Shown: piece by piece, positions 45,146-54,817 of the stretch | Layout: each line of letters opens with the position of its first letter | How positions within the stretch are numbered: the first letter of the stretch is position 1 | Origin: Candidatus Latescibacterota bacterium | GTDB lineage: Bacteria > Latescibacterota > UBA2968 > GCA-2709665 | Length of the DNA: 64,000 nt | Direction: 5' to 3' | Assembly (NCBI GenBank): GCA_965116875.1 | Contig: OZ220733.1 | Span: 3,281,803 to 3,345,802, forward strand | The notes under the pieces: model-generated | Databases searched by the model: none | What the model saw: the letters and a program-made list of their open reading frames with translations, nothing else | What the model was told of the DNA's origin: nothing | Made by a program: the position numbers and the translations under genes

Positions 45146-47332
45146 ATGCAGGCCGCAGGCGAGTTGAAATCCGTGGGAAAACCGGTGGCCAGGCTGAACG
45201 GCCCGGATATCGTGACGGGAAGGATTCAGTACGCCGACGATATCCAGCTACCCGGCATGTTATACGGCCGTATTCTGCGCAGCCCGCACGGTCACGCGCG
45301 CATTCGGAAGATCGATACGTCCAGAGCCAAAGCGCTGCCCGGGGTGGTGGACGTGGTGTGCGGCCTGGATGTGCCGAACCTGACGATTTTCGAGTCCAGG
45401 GAGGTCTGCTACCAGGGTCAGAAGGTGGCGGCGGTGGCTGCCGTGGATCCGGATATCGCGGAGGACGCCCTGGCGCTGATCGAGGTGGACTATGAGGTAT
45501 TGCCCGCGGTCGTGGATCCCGTGGACGCCCTGGATCCCGACGCCCCGGAGGCCGTTCTGGGGGCGCCGACGGAGGACGTAAAGGCGCCGGACGGACGCAA
45601 ATTGCAGAACGTGACGGCCTATAATGTCCTGGAAGAGGGGGACGTCGAGCGGGGACTCGCGGATGCGGACGCGATCGTCGAGGCAGAATACCAGGTGCCC
45701 TTTTTCAACCAGACGTACATGGAGCCGAACGCGGCCACGGCGCGCGTGGAGGCGGACGGGCGGCTGACCGTCTGGGCCGCCGGTCAGGGTACGTTCACCA
45801 AGCGGGAAGGCCTCGCGGAGGCGCTGAACATCCCCGAGGGACGCATACGGGTGATCATGACCGAAACCGGCGGCAGCTTCGGCGGAAAGAACCGGATCAA
45901 TATCGAAGCGCATACGGCGCTGCTGGCCATGCGTACGGGCCGCCCCGTGAGGCTGACGATAAACCGCGGGGAGGACTTTCGCGACAGCCGCCCGGGGCCG
46001 GGATGCTGGGTGCGGTTGAAAACAGGGGCACGCAAGGACGGGACGCTAACGGCCGTTGAGGGGCGGATCGTGTGGGACGGCGGCGTAATGGGTAGCGGCG
46101 GCGCCGCCAACCGGCTGCTGGGACCGTACAGGATTCCGAATTTCAGGCTGGAAGGCATGGCCGTGCGAACGAACAAGCCGGGACCGGGGGCGTATCGGGC
46201 GCCCGGAGGACCGCAGACGGCGCTTGCCAGGGAGTCCAACCTGGACATGGTCGCCCACAAGCTGGGGATCGACCCGGTGGAGATCCGTTTGAAGAACGGG
46301 CTTGGCAAGGGCGATCAGCCGCTCATACAGCACGACTGGTTGATAGACACCATCCGGAAAACCGCGGAAGCCGCAGAATGGGGCCGCCGGGAACTGAAAC
46401 CCAACCAGGGCATGGGTATCGCCGTGGGGGACTGGCACAACGCCGCTGGCCCAACCAACGCGTTCGTGACGATGTCGGCGGATGGATCTGTGGCCCTCGT
46501 GACCGGGCAGGTGGACATCACCGGCCTGCATACGGTGATGGCGCAGGTTGCGGCCGAGGAACTGGGCGTGCCCGTGGAACAGGTGACGGTGCGGCTGGGA
46601 GATACGGACACGGCGCCCTATGCGTCGTTGAGCGCGGGAAGCAAGGCGGCCTATTCCGCCGGTACGGCTGCTCGCGAGGCTGCCCGCGAGGCCAGGGATC
46701 AGCTGTTGCGGATGGCATCGGAAAAGCTGGAAGCCGCCGTGGACGACCTGGTCATCGCCGACCGGCAGGTGCAAATCGTGGGTTCTCCGGACCATGCCAT
46801 CGGCCTGGGCGAACTGGCCGCCGAGGCGATCGAGTCCAGCGGCGCCGTCAACGGCCGGTGCGTCCTGAGCAGCATACCCACCTATCCCTCCTATTCGGTG
46901 AACGTCGCCACCGTCGAGGTGGACCCGGGCACGGGGCAGGTGAGGCTGCTCGATCTGGTCGCAGGCCAGGACGTGGGCCGCGCGCTCAATCCCCTGCTCG
47001 TGGAGGGCCAGATGCAGGGCGGCGCCATTCAGTCGATCGGATTCGGCCTGATGGAAGGGTACCGGTACGACGAGAAAGGCGGGATGCTGAATCCCAATCT
47101 GCTGGACTACGCGATCCCCACGGCGCTGGACGTGCCGAACATCCGGACGGTGATGGTCGAGGACCCGTGCGAGCACGGACCGTACGGGGGCAAGGGCGTG
47201 GGTGAGCCGCCCATCATTCCGGGCGGCGCGGCGGTGGCAAACGCGATCTACGATGCGGTGGGCGCCCGGGTCCGGGAACTGCCCATGACGCCGGAGCGGG
47301 TGGCTGCGGCGTTGCGTGAAGCCGACAATTGA
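45146..47332 (+). CDS. Xanthine dehydrogenase/aldehyde oxidase family, molybdopterin-binding large subunit
   Basis: 728 aa. GRIQYADDIQLPGMLYGRILRSPHAHARI-type N-terminus, GGSFGGK, and GEPPIIPGGAAVANAI near the C-terminus. I did not see a CO-dehydrogenase-specific active-site loop. Confidence 0.85.
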   Translation: MQAAGELKSVGKPVARLNGPDIVTGRIQYADDIQLPGMLYGRILRSPHGHARIRKIDTSRAKALPGVVDVVCGLDVPNLTIFESREVCYQGQKVAAVAAVDPDIAEDALALIEVDYEVLPAVVDPVDALDPDAPEAVLGAPTEDVKAPDGRKLQNVTAYNVLEEGDVERGLADADAIVEAEYQVPFFNQTYMEPNAATARVEADGRLTVWAAGQGTFTKREGLAEALNIPEGRIRVIMTETGGSFGGKNRINIEAHTALLAMRTGRPVRLTINRGEDFRDSRPGPGCWVRLKTGARKDGTLTAVEGRIVWDGGVMGSGGAANRLLGPYRIPNFRLEGMAVRTNKPGPGAYRAPGGPQTALARESNLDMVAHKLGIDPVEIRLKNGLGKGDQPLIQHDWLIDTIRKTAEAAEWGRRELKPNQGMGIAVGDWHNAAGPTNAFVTMSADGSVALVTGQVDITGLHTVMAQVAAEELGVPVEQVTVRLGDTDTAPYASLSAGSKAAYSAGTAAREAAREARDQLLRMASEKLEAAVDDLVIADRQVQIVGSPDHAIGLGELAAEAIESSGAVNGRCVLSSIPTYPSYSVNVATVEVDPGTGQVRLLDLVAGQDVGRALNPLLVEGQMQGGAIQSIGFGLMEGYRYDEKGGMLNPNLLDYAIPTALDVPNIRTVMVEDPCEHGPYGGKGVGEPPIIPGGAAVANAIYDAVGARVRELPMTPERVAAALREADN

Positions 47333-47356
47333 CCGGTCGTTAAGGAGGTTTGGGTT

Positions 47357-48253
47357 GTGAATCGTTTCGAGTATTTCGCGCCTGAAACCGTCCGGGAGGC
47401 GGCGGAGGTGCTGCAGGCCCACCCCCGGGCGAGGGTGCTGGCCGGAGGGACCGACCTGCTCGTACAGATGAAGGAACGGGCGCGGACTCCCGACACGCTG
47501 GTGGACGTCAGAAGGATTCCGGGCGTGGATGAACTCCGCTTCGACCGAAAGACCGGGCTGACGATCGGGGCGGCCGTGACCATGCGCCAGGTGGAACTCA
47601 TGCCGGCCGCGCAGTCGCACTATCCGGGACTGGCCGATGGCGCCCGCGTGGTGGGTTCCTTCCAGATCAGAAACCTCGCCACGATCGTTGGCAATATCTG
47701 CAATGCGGCGCCATCCGCGGATGCGGCGCCGGGATTGATCGTGCATGGCGCGAAGGTGAAAATCGCCGGTCCGAACGGACGGCGGACGATGCTCGTGGAG
47801 AATTTCATGACCGGTCCCGGCAGGACCGTGCTCGAGGTGGGCGAGTTCGTGACCGGCATTCAGGTTCCCATCCCGCCTCCGCGAACCGGGTCCGCCTATG
47901 TTCGGCATACGCCCCGGGGCGCGATGGATATCGCGATGGTGGGTGTGGGCGCTGCCGTGACGCTGGCGCCGCGTACTCGCGCCTGTCAGGACGCACGTAT
48001 CGTCCTGGGCGCCGTGGCGCCAACACCTCTGCGGGCGAAGGCTGCAGAGCGAATGCTGAAGGGACAGCGGCTCACCGAGGGGCTGGTCGCGGACGCAGCG
48101 GACGTGGCCGCGACGGAAGCCCGGCCGATCAGCGACGTTCGCGGCTCGGCGGATTTCCGGCGCGAGATGGTGCGGGTGATGACGGGGCGGATGGTGAGTG
48201 CGGCGTTCGGGAACGCGCAGGAACGGTCGAGCAACAAAAGGAGGGCGGCGTGA
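47357..48253 (+). CDS. Xanthine dehydrogenase family, FAD-binding medium subunit
   Basis: 298 aa. GTG start with AAGGAGG upstream. FEYFAPETVREAAEVL...VLAGGTDLLVQMK. Confidence 0.85.
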   Translation: MNRFEYFAPETVREAAEVLQAHPRARVLAGGTDLLVQMKERARTPDTLVDVRRIPGVDELRFDRKTGLTIGAAVTMRQVELMPAAQSHYPGLADGARVVGSFQIRNLATIVGNICNAAPSADAAPGLIVHGAKVKIAGPNGRRTMLVENFMTGPGRTVLEVGEFVTGIQVPIPPPRTGSAYVRHTPRGAMDIAMVGVGAAVTLAPRTRACQDARIVLGAVAPTPLRAKAAERMLKGQRLTEGLVADAADVAATEARPISDVRGSADFRREMVRVMTGRMVSAAFGNAQERSSNKRRAA

Positions 48254-48747
48254 ACCACCAGATCAAACTGAACGTAAACGGCACGGTTCATGACCTTTCT
48301 CTCGAACCGCGCAAGACGCTGCTGGCCGTATTGAGGGATCGACTTGGACTGACCGGCACCAAGGAGGGATGCTCCACCGGCGATTGCGGCGCATGCACGG
48401 TGCTGATTGACGGCGAGCCCGTCACGTCCTGCCTGGTGCTTGCCGTTGCCGCCGCGGGACGCGAAGTAACGACCGTGGAGGGCGTGGCGGACGTTGACGC
48501 GCTTCATCCGGTTCAGGAGGCCATGGTCAGTATGGGTGGGCTGCAGTGCGGTTTCTGCACGCCGGGATTCATCGTCTCCTCCTACGGCCTTCTCCAGAAG
48601 AACGCCGCGCCTTCGGAGGACGAAATCCGGCGCGCGCTTGCCGGCAATCTCTGTCGCTGCACGGGGTATACGAAGATCGTGGAGGCCGTACAGGAGGCCG
48701 CGAGGCGAATGGATGGAAAGAAGGGCGGAAAACGGGCGGCCGCGTAA
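48250..48747 (+). CDS. Xanthine dehydrogenase family, (2Fe-2S)-binding small subunit
   Basis: 165 aa. GCSTGDCGACTV, QCGFCTPGF, LCRCTGY. 4-nt overlap with the preceding gene. Confidence 0.9.
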   Translation: MNHQIKLNVNGTVHDLSLEPRKTLLAVLRDRLGLTGTKEGCSTGDCGACTVLIDGEPVTSCLVLAVAAAGREVTTVEGVADVDALHPVQEAMVSMGGLQCGFCTPGFIVSSYGLLQKNAAPSEDEIRRALAGNLCRCTGYTKIVEAVQEAARRMDGKKGGKRAAA

Positions 48748-48930
48748 ATCGGCGGATTCAACAGATGAATTGAGTTTCACCGAATACGCCGTGTCGAATG
48801 ACGCGGCGTTGTTCGGTTTCGGGAGGAGAACGGAGCGCGAGGCATATCGGCAAGATATCCATTTCCCAGATATGTCGATCATGCGGAACGGCTCTTCAAG
48901 CTGAATCGAAACAGGAGGGTTGAAAGTACA

Positions 48931-49950
48931 ATGGCGAGGTTCAAGGCAGGCATCATCGGATGCGGGGGCAGGGGCCGTGGGCATGCGCAGGGGTATGCCG
49001 CATCGTCCGAAGTCGAAATCGCAGCGTGTGCGGATCCGGTGGAGGAGGCACGGGCGAACCTGGCGGAACAGTTCGAGGTTTCGCGGACGTACGGGGACTA
49101 CCGGGAGATGTTGGACCGGGAGGACCTTGATTTCGTCAGTGTGTGTACCTGGATCGGGATGCATCGGGAGATGGTCGTGGCGGCGGCCGAGAGCGGCGCG
49201 CGGGCCATCCATGCGGAGAAGCCCATGGCGCCCACGTGGGGCGATGCAAAGGCGATGTACCGGGCGTGCGTCGACCGCGACGTCACAATCACGTTCTGTC
49301 ACCAGAGGCGATTCGAGGAACCGTTCAAAATGGCAAGATCCCTCGCGCGGGACGGGGCGATCGGCCGGCTGGTGCGTGTTGAGGGCGCGTGTCCCAATCT
49401 GCTGGACTGGGGCACGCACTGGTTTGACATGTTTTTCTTCTACAATGACGACGCGCCCGCCGAGTGGGTGTTGGGACAGATCGACGCGTCGGAAGAGCGG
49501 GAAGTCTTCGGTGTTGAGGTTGAGGCGGGCGGTCTTGCGTGGGTGCGCTGGCGCAATGGGCTGGAAGGCTTGCTCGCCACGGGCGACGCGGCCCTGAGCG
49601 GTGTCGCGAACCGGCTGATCGGCACGGACGGAGTCATCGAGGTGATTGGAGGGCGAGACAACGTCCCGATCCGGGTTATGCGCTCCGGCTCGAACTGGGA
49701 GGTGCCTGAACTGCCGGGGCCCCAGGTGAATCCGACCGTTCTCTCCGTGCTGGATCTCATCGATTGCGTCAAAACGGGGCGCGAACCGGTGTTGAGCGGC
49801 CGGAAGGCGCTGCAGGCGACGGAGCTGATCTTTGCGACCTACGAGTCCAGCCGCCGCCGAGGCAGGGTGGACCTGCCCCTGGACGTCGACGATTCGGCGC
49901 TGTTGACGATGTTGCATGACGGGGCGATCGGTCCGGACAGAACCGGGTGA
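48931..49950 (+). CDS. Gfo/Idh/MocA family oxidoreductase
   Basis: 339 aa. KAGIIGCGGRGRGHA Rossmann and AIHAEKPMA. Confidence 0.75.
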   Translation: MARFKAGIIGCGGRGRGHAQGYAASSEVEIAACADPVEEARANLAEQFEVSRTYGDYREMLDREDLDFVSVCTWIGMHREMVVAAAESGARAIHAEKPMAPTWGDAKAMYRACVDRDVTITFCHQRRFEEPFKMARSLARDGAIGRLVRVEGACPNLLDWGTHWFDMFFFYNDDAPAEWVLGQIDASEEREVFGVEVEAGGLAWVRWRNGLEGLLATGDAALSGVANRLIGTDGVIEVIGGRDNVPIRVMRSGSNWEVPELPGPQVNPTVLSVLDLIDCVKTGREPVLSGRKALQATELIFATYESSRRRGRVDLPLDVDDSALLTMLHDGAIGPDRTG

Positions 49951-50021
49951 CTTGACATGGGCGGGGCGGGTTGGCGGTTCCTGATGACATTTAATCGACG
50001 CCATCAGACAGAAAGGCAATC

Positions 50022-50309
50022 ATGCTACCGGAAAATCGCATCCCAACGCATCCAGGGGAGGTTCTCCTTGAAGAATTCCTTAAACCCATGGATATGACCC
50101 AGGTGGCGTTCGCAAGTCACATCCAGGTTCCGCTTCAGAGGGTTAATGAAATCGTGAATGGAAAGCGCGGAATAACACCGGAGACCGCGTGGCTGTTTTC
50201 ACAAGCGCTGGGAACAACGCCGGAGTTATGGCTGAACCTTCAACGAAATCATGATCTGGCCAGAAGCCGGCCCAACCGGAAGATCCGGAAGCTTCGCGCG
50301 ACGGGATAA
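50022..50309 (+). CDS. higA: HigA-family antitoxin (XRE-type HTH)
   Basis: 95 aa. IPTHPGEVLLEEFLKPMDMTQVAFASHIQVPLQRVNEIVNGKRGITPETAWLFSQALGTTPELWLNLQ is the classical HigA pattern. No higB is adjacent. Confidence 0.8.
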   Translation: MLPENRIPTHPGEVLLEEFLKPMDMTQVAFASHIQVPLQRVNEIVNGKRGITPETAWLFSQALGTTPELWLNLQRNHDLARSRPNRKIRKLRATG

Positions 50310-50975
50310 ATGCAGGTTCACAAGGAGGATGTCGTGAGTTTTCAGGTGTATGACTATCGCAACGACATAGGTAACATGCTCGTCACGCCCTGGATCCGGT
50401 CCCGTTTCCTGCGGATGGAGCCGGGAGCGTCCGCGGACCTGCACAGCCACGACCTGGGCCACGAGATCTTTCTCGTACTCGCCGGCCGGGCCGAGTTTAC
50501 GATCGACGGCGGTATTCGGGAGGTGGGTCCCGGGCAACTGTGCATCGCGCTGGCGGATGAGATCCACTCGGTGCGGACCGTGGGCGTTGAACCGATGACG
50601 ATGTACCTGTCCGTCACGCCGCACATCCAGCCCACGCATACCGGGAGGACCGCGGACGGCGAACGGATGCCCACACGCTTCGCGCCGTCGCGTTCGTACG
50701 ACGTGGCGCCGGATGACGCGACATCGATGGCGGAGGTCGTCGGCGCCTGCCTCGAAACCTCCCGGGCCCTTGCGCGCGACACGGCGGCGCTCGCGAGTAT
50801 ACATGAGGAAACCGCGGATCGACTTCTGGGTCGCAGCAGGGAGGACGCCGTCGAGGCCCGCAAGGCCGTGTGGGATGCGCTTTGCAGGGTGTACCGGCGG
50901 GCCTACGACCTTGCGGACGGATGGAACGCGCTGGCGGACCGGGTTGAACGGTTGCCGGAAGGCAGGGAAGGATAA
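50310..50975 (+). CDS. Cupin-domain protein
   Basis: 221 aa. ADLHSHDLGHEIFLVLAGRAEF...GPGQ...DEIHSV fits the two cupin motifs. Starts immediately after the higA stop. Confidence 0.6.
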   Translation: MQVHKEDVVSFQVYDYRNDIGNMLVTPWIRSRFLRMEPGASADLHSHDLGHEIFLVLAGRAEFTIDGGIREVGPGQLCIALADEIHSVRTVGVEPMTMYLSVTPHIQPTHTGRTADGERMPTRFAPSRSYDVAPDDATSMAEVVGACLETSRALARDTAALASIHEETADRLLGRSREDAVEARKAVWDALCRVYRRAYDLADGWNALADRVERLPEGREG

Positions 50976-50980
50976 ACCCG

Positions 50981-52072
50981 ATGGCTCCCGTCAAGTTGGG
51001 CGTGGTGGGATGCGGAGCAATTGCACAGGTACAGCACCTGCCGAATCTGGCCGGACTGACCGAAGAGTTCGAGGTCACGGCCGTCTGCGATCTGTCGCCC
51101 GGACTGGCTCGCTGGGCCGCGAAGACGTTCCACGTACCCGCACGGTTTACGGATTTTCGCCGGCTCGTCAGATCGGACGACGTGGAGGCGGTGCTCCTCT
51201 GCCACTCAGACCCGAAGACAGATGCTGCCGTGGCCGCACTGGGCGCGGGAAAGCACGTGCTCATCGAAAAGCCGGTCTGCTTTTCGCTACGTGAGGCGGA
51301 TGCGATCGCCGGCGCCGCCGGGCGGGCCGGTGTGGTTGCCCAGGCAGGTTACATGAAAGTGTACGATCCGGCGTTCGAGACCGCAAAAGCCGAAGTGGAC
51401 GAAATGGACGACATTCGCTTCGTTCAGGTGAATCATCTGCATCCGGACAACCGGCTTCATCTGCGCCAGTTCAGGTTGAAACGGTTCGACGATCTGCCGT
51501 CGGGTCCCGTGTCAGAGACGCATGCAGCCAGGAAAGCGGCGGTACTGGAAGCGATCGGCGAAGCGCCCGATGACGCGGTCCGCACGTTTCATACGCTGTC
51601 GGGAAGCATGATCCACGATCTCTACTGTCTTCGCACGATGCTGGGGATGCCCGAGTCGGTTGTCAGTACGGAGGTGTGGAACGAGGGACGTTCGATTTCG
51701 ACCGTATTGTCATACAGCAACGGCGCGCGTTGCGTCGCGTCCTGGGTCGACCTGCCCGATCTCTGGGACTTTAAGGAGACGCTGGAAGTGTACGGCTGCG
51801 ACCGGCGGGTACTGGTTTCGTATCCTACCGGATTCGCGCGCGGCATTCTGTCCACCGTTGTCCTTCATGAGATCCATGAAACCGGGGAGACGTCAACCCG
51901 GCGGCCGGCGGTGGCGTGGGAGAGCCCCTTTGTGCGAGAACTGCGTCACTTTCACGCGTGCATTACAGGACAGGAAGCATGTCGGACACCCGTAGTGGAC
52001 GCGCGGGAGGATATCAGGTTGATTATCGACGTTACACGTTCCTATATGGAGCGCGGGCCGAAATCAGTTTAG
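50981..52072 (+). CDS. Gfo/Idh/MocA family oxidoreductase
   Basis: 363 aa. KLGVVGCGAIAQVQHLP and HVLIEKPV. Confidence 0.75.
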   Translation: MAPVKLGVVGCGAIAQVQHLPNLAGLTEEFEVTAVCDLSPGLARWAAKTFHVPARFTDFRRLVRSDDVEAVLLCHSDPKTDAAVAALGAGKHVLIEKPVCFSLREADAIAGAAGRAGVVAQAGYMKVYDPAFETAKAEVDEMDDIRFVQVNHLHPDNRLHLRQFRLKRFDDLPSGPVSETHAARKAAVLEAIGEAPDDAVRTFHTLSGSMIHDLYCLRTMLGMPESVVSTEVWNEGRSISTVLSYSNGARCVASWVDLPDLWDFKETLEVYGCDRRVLVSYPTGFARGILSTVVLHEIHETGETSTRRPAVAWESPFVRELRHFHACITGQEACRTPVVDAREDIRLIIDVTRSYMERGPKSV

Positions 52073-52100
52073 CAGAAAGATGACAGCGAAAAAATGAAAC

Positions 52101-52133
52101 AGCCCGGGATGTTCTCCGGGCTTTCCTTTTTTT
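52101..52133. terminator. Candidate bidirectional intrinsic terminator between convergent genes
   Basis: Stem agcccgg / ccgggct with an 8-nt loop, followed by ttcctttttttac on the plus strand. An A-run (gcgaaaaaatg) lies on the other side. Confidence 0.5.
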
Positions 52134-52162
52134 ACGAAACTTCAAATCGGACAAATCTCCTG

Positions 52163-53134
52163 CTAATTCGAACGGTCCGAAACCGGGTAAAGGGTCAGCC
52201 TGCCCTTCCTCCCCGCGCCTTCATCGGCGACGATCAGCGTGCCGTCCGCGGCAAAGGCAATGCCTTCCACCTGTCGATGCCATTTTGCCGGAAACTTCCT
52301 GACCGCAACGACCCGCCCGGTCGGCGTCATTTCCGCGATAGCCGCCTGGCGGGCTGCTACGACGTAATAATTCCCCGACACCGGATGCCGCTCGATTCCT
52401 GACGGCTGAAATTTCTTTCCTTTGATGTGCCGGGAGAATCGTTTGACCGGTATGACGATTCGTGCATCTTCATTCATCTGTTTTTTGTCTATTGACCAAT
52501 GATATAGCGCCAGTTGTCCCTGCAACTCCAGGCTGCGCGCTTCCTTGCACATCAGTACGAGTTCCCGCCGGGAATGGTCATACGCAAGACCCTCGATTTC
52601 GCAATCTCTGCCCACCCCCGTGGCGTAGACATTGAAGAGTACGGACTCCCCGCCATCTCCCTCTCGGCACTCGAACAGCCGTCCGTTGCTTGTGACCAGG
52701 AAGATCCTGTCGTCAGTTGCGGCGATGCCCTCGAAATCGCCGGGAGCCGGGTATTCTGTGTCTGAGAGCTGAAATGTCTTTACAATCGATCCTTCTCGAT
52801 AATCGATCTCGTAAATGATCGCCCGTTCGTCGTTGTGCGCGAGGAGACGATTGTCTCCCGTCATCGCCAATCCGGAGACCTCTTCGAGTTCCCTGGGAAG
52901 CTTCCAGTGCGTCGCGTGCTTCGGGTCCAGAGTAAAGTTCTCGAGAGAGATTCCCTGTTCCGATGCCGCAACCGCGCCCGCCGGAAACTGGCTGCCGGTT
53001 ATACCAGAATCTGCGCCGGCAGGTCCGCCGACAAATTGAGCGGATGCATCCTCGCCCGATCCCATCGTCAACATGCAGAGAAGGACGCCGGGACCAAGAC
53101 GGTTGAGCCGAGATCTGGTGCTTATGGAATTCAT
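52163..53134 (-). CDS. Secreted beta-propeller protein, SdiA-regulated/YjiK-like (tentative)
   Basis: 323 aa. Signal-like N-terminus. LEEVSGLAMTGDNRLLAHNDE...IYEID and GDFEGIAATDDRIFLV resemble the YjiK-family pattern from memory. Confidence 0.45.
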   Translation of the reverse strand: MNSISTRSRLNRLGPGVLLCMLTMGSGEDASAQFVGGPAGADSGITGSQFPAGAVAASEQGISLENFTLDPKHATHWKLPRELEEVSGLAMTGDNRLLAHNDERAIIYEIDYREGSIVKTFQLSDTEYPAPGDFEGIAATDDRIFLVTSNGRLFECREGDGGESVLFNVYATGVGRDCEIEGLAYDHSRRELVLMCKEARSLELQGQLALYHWSIDKKQMNEDARIVIPVKRFSRHIKGKKFQPSGIERHPVSGNYYVVAARQAAIAEMTPTGRVVAVRKFPAKWHRQVEGIAFAADGTLIVADEGAGRKGRLTLYPVSDRSN

Positions 53135-53160
53135 TTCAGAGTTTGGCGATTCGATCGGGC

Positions 53161-53325
53161 CGCGAACTACCAGTTCGCGTTACGGGAATCAGCGCGTCAG
53201 GCGGCCATGTCGTCGCGCGAACTACCAGTTCGCGTTACGGGAATCAGCGCGTCAGGCGGCCTTGTCGCGGCGTGAACTACCAGTTCGCGTTACGGGAACG
53301 TGCGCCTGCCAGGACGGGCACCGCA
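53161..53325. repeat. 3 x 55-bp tandem repeat, each unit starting with a 19-bp palindrome CGCGAACT-ACC-AGTTCGCG
   Basis: Units start at 53161, 53216 and 53271. The first two are near identical. The third has cgtg for cgcg and diverges after about 30 bp. Confidence 0.9.
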
Positions 53326-53418
53326 ATAGAGGGGAGCCTGGTCGCAGGTGCCGGCGGTGATCCTCCGTAGCTCTTTGCGGCGCGGGGTCATTTGTATTAT
53401 CTGAATCAAGATCAGTGG

Positions 53419-54357
53419 TTACAAGCTCTGGTCTGTCTCATCTTCCATTAATTCTACGTCCTTTATCTGCTTTTTCCCTCTCTTGCCCAGGTCCCTGATA
53501 AGTGAGGAAAGGTCGACGGATTGACTTGAAGTAACCTCGTACACAACGACGACGGTCCCATCTTCATTCTCGATTATCTCGGACAAATTCCACTTGATCG
53601 CGCTGTAATCAAGGGTAGGGGCTGCTGCCTTTTGCGCCGCATTGACGTTCGTTGCGTGCACGGCAATTCGGGATTCACGGGTATCTCCACTGGCCGTGTC
53701 CCCGGTTGCGGAGGACTCCGCGGGCTTTGTGGGTGAAACGATTCTCCAGCCGGAAAGGACTGGAGGGCGTGCTGCATAGTTGGTCTTCCACACGCTCAGT
53801 GTAATGGTTACGAAAGCCAACGATGCGATGTAAGCGACTGTTGTGAGCTGGGTGCCGGCGGCCAGCCCGATTCCTATAACCATAAACATGTAGACGGCGT
53901 CCATCGTTTCCTTGAGCGAGATCCGGAAACTGACGGCGGCCACGATGCCCGCCAGGCTGAACGCAAGCGCGAGGCTGCCCTTGACCAGGAAAACTACCAG
54001 CGAGATGGCGACGGGCATCACGAGCAGCGTGTGCGCAAAGGATTGGCTGTATTTCTTCAGTGGCCGCGTCCAGGCATAAACCCATGTGATCGGGAGCGTC
54101 ACCGCGAAGGCAAGTACCAGAGCGACCACCACAGGAATTGTGTGCGCGGGATCGAGCAGGCGGTTGACGCCTTCCTTGATGTTTCCCAGTGGAATCGCTG
54201 AATCGGCGCCCGACCCGAGCGATTTTCCCACGAATATGCGTTCACGCTCCTGGGCGACGTAATAGAGGATTTCGGGGAAAATATGAAAAACCGTATTGAG
54301 AACCACTATCCAAGTAATATAGTAAATGGCCAGCCGTACGATGATGTTGTTAGACAC
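53419..54357 (-). CDS. Integral membrane protein, DUF4956-like (tentative)
   Basis: 312 aa. Several TM helices. LAGIVAAVSFRISLKETMDAVYMFMVIGIGLAAG resembles the conserved DUF4956 core from memory. Confidence 0.45.
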   Translation of the reverse strand: MSNNIIVRLAIYYITWIVVLNTVFHIFPEILYYVAQERERIFVGKSLGSGADSAIPLGNIKEGVNRLLDPAHTIPVVVALVLAFAVTLPITWVYAWTRPLKKYSQSFAHTLLVMPVAISLVVFLVKGSLALAFSLAGIVAAVSFRISLKETMDAVYMFMVIGIGLAAGTQLTTVAYIASLAFVTITLSVWKTNYAARPPVLSGWRIVSPTKPAESSATGDTASGDTRESRIAVHATNVNAAQKAAAPTLDYSAIKWNLSEIIENEDGTVVVVYEVTSSQSVDLSSLIRDLGKRGKKQIKDVELMEDETDQSL

Positions 54358-54817
54358 AGCATCCTCCTGCGTCAGCGTGCGTTGCGTCCCACTCCAGGAA
54401 ATCGCAGAATTAACCTTGATTCCTCATTTTTCGAGGACGTTAATTCGAATATGTGTCAGTAAAAAAGGCGATTTAATTGCTGATTACCAGGATACACCAG
54501 GACACTGTACGTGAACGGAAAAAATGTCCTTCATGACGACCATTTCGGCCCGTTTCGAAAGGTTTCGTCGCGGTGCCGCGTTGCGGCTTTCGCGGAATTG
54601 AGGTTAACCGCCGCTCTGGAGGATCAATCTCCAGGTTGTGGCGCGGCCGATCGATTCGTACTTCTCGCAGTGGTTGTCAGAATCCGTTTGGATACTGACG
54701 ATGAGATTCGGCACGAACCCGGATAGACCGCTTGAGGACAATATACATTGATCTCAGTGAATCGTTACGGTTAAATTGCGTGGCGTTAGGGCCGTACCAA
54801 TGTTACCGGGGATGCTT

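Noticed and set aside
42652-50019. Long minus-strand ORFs 42652..44979 (775 aa), 46046..47908 (620 aa) and 47986..50019 (677 aa)
   Set aside because: They lie antisense to glcB, the xanthine-dehydrogenase-family subunits and a Gfo/Idh/MocA gene. They have the same Arg/His/Pro-rich composition and no recognisable domains.
53073-53370. Possible mini-CRISPR, or ORFs 53073..53360 / 53143..53370, over the 55-bp tandem repeat
   Set aside because: The sequence between the palindromes is near identical in the first two units, so there are no unique spacers. There are only three units and no cas genes. The ORFs just translate the repeat (ELPVRVTGISASGG repeated).
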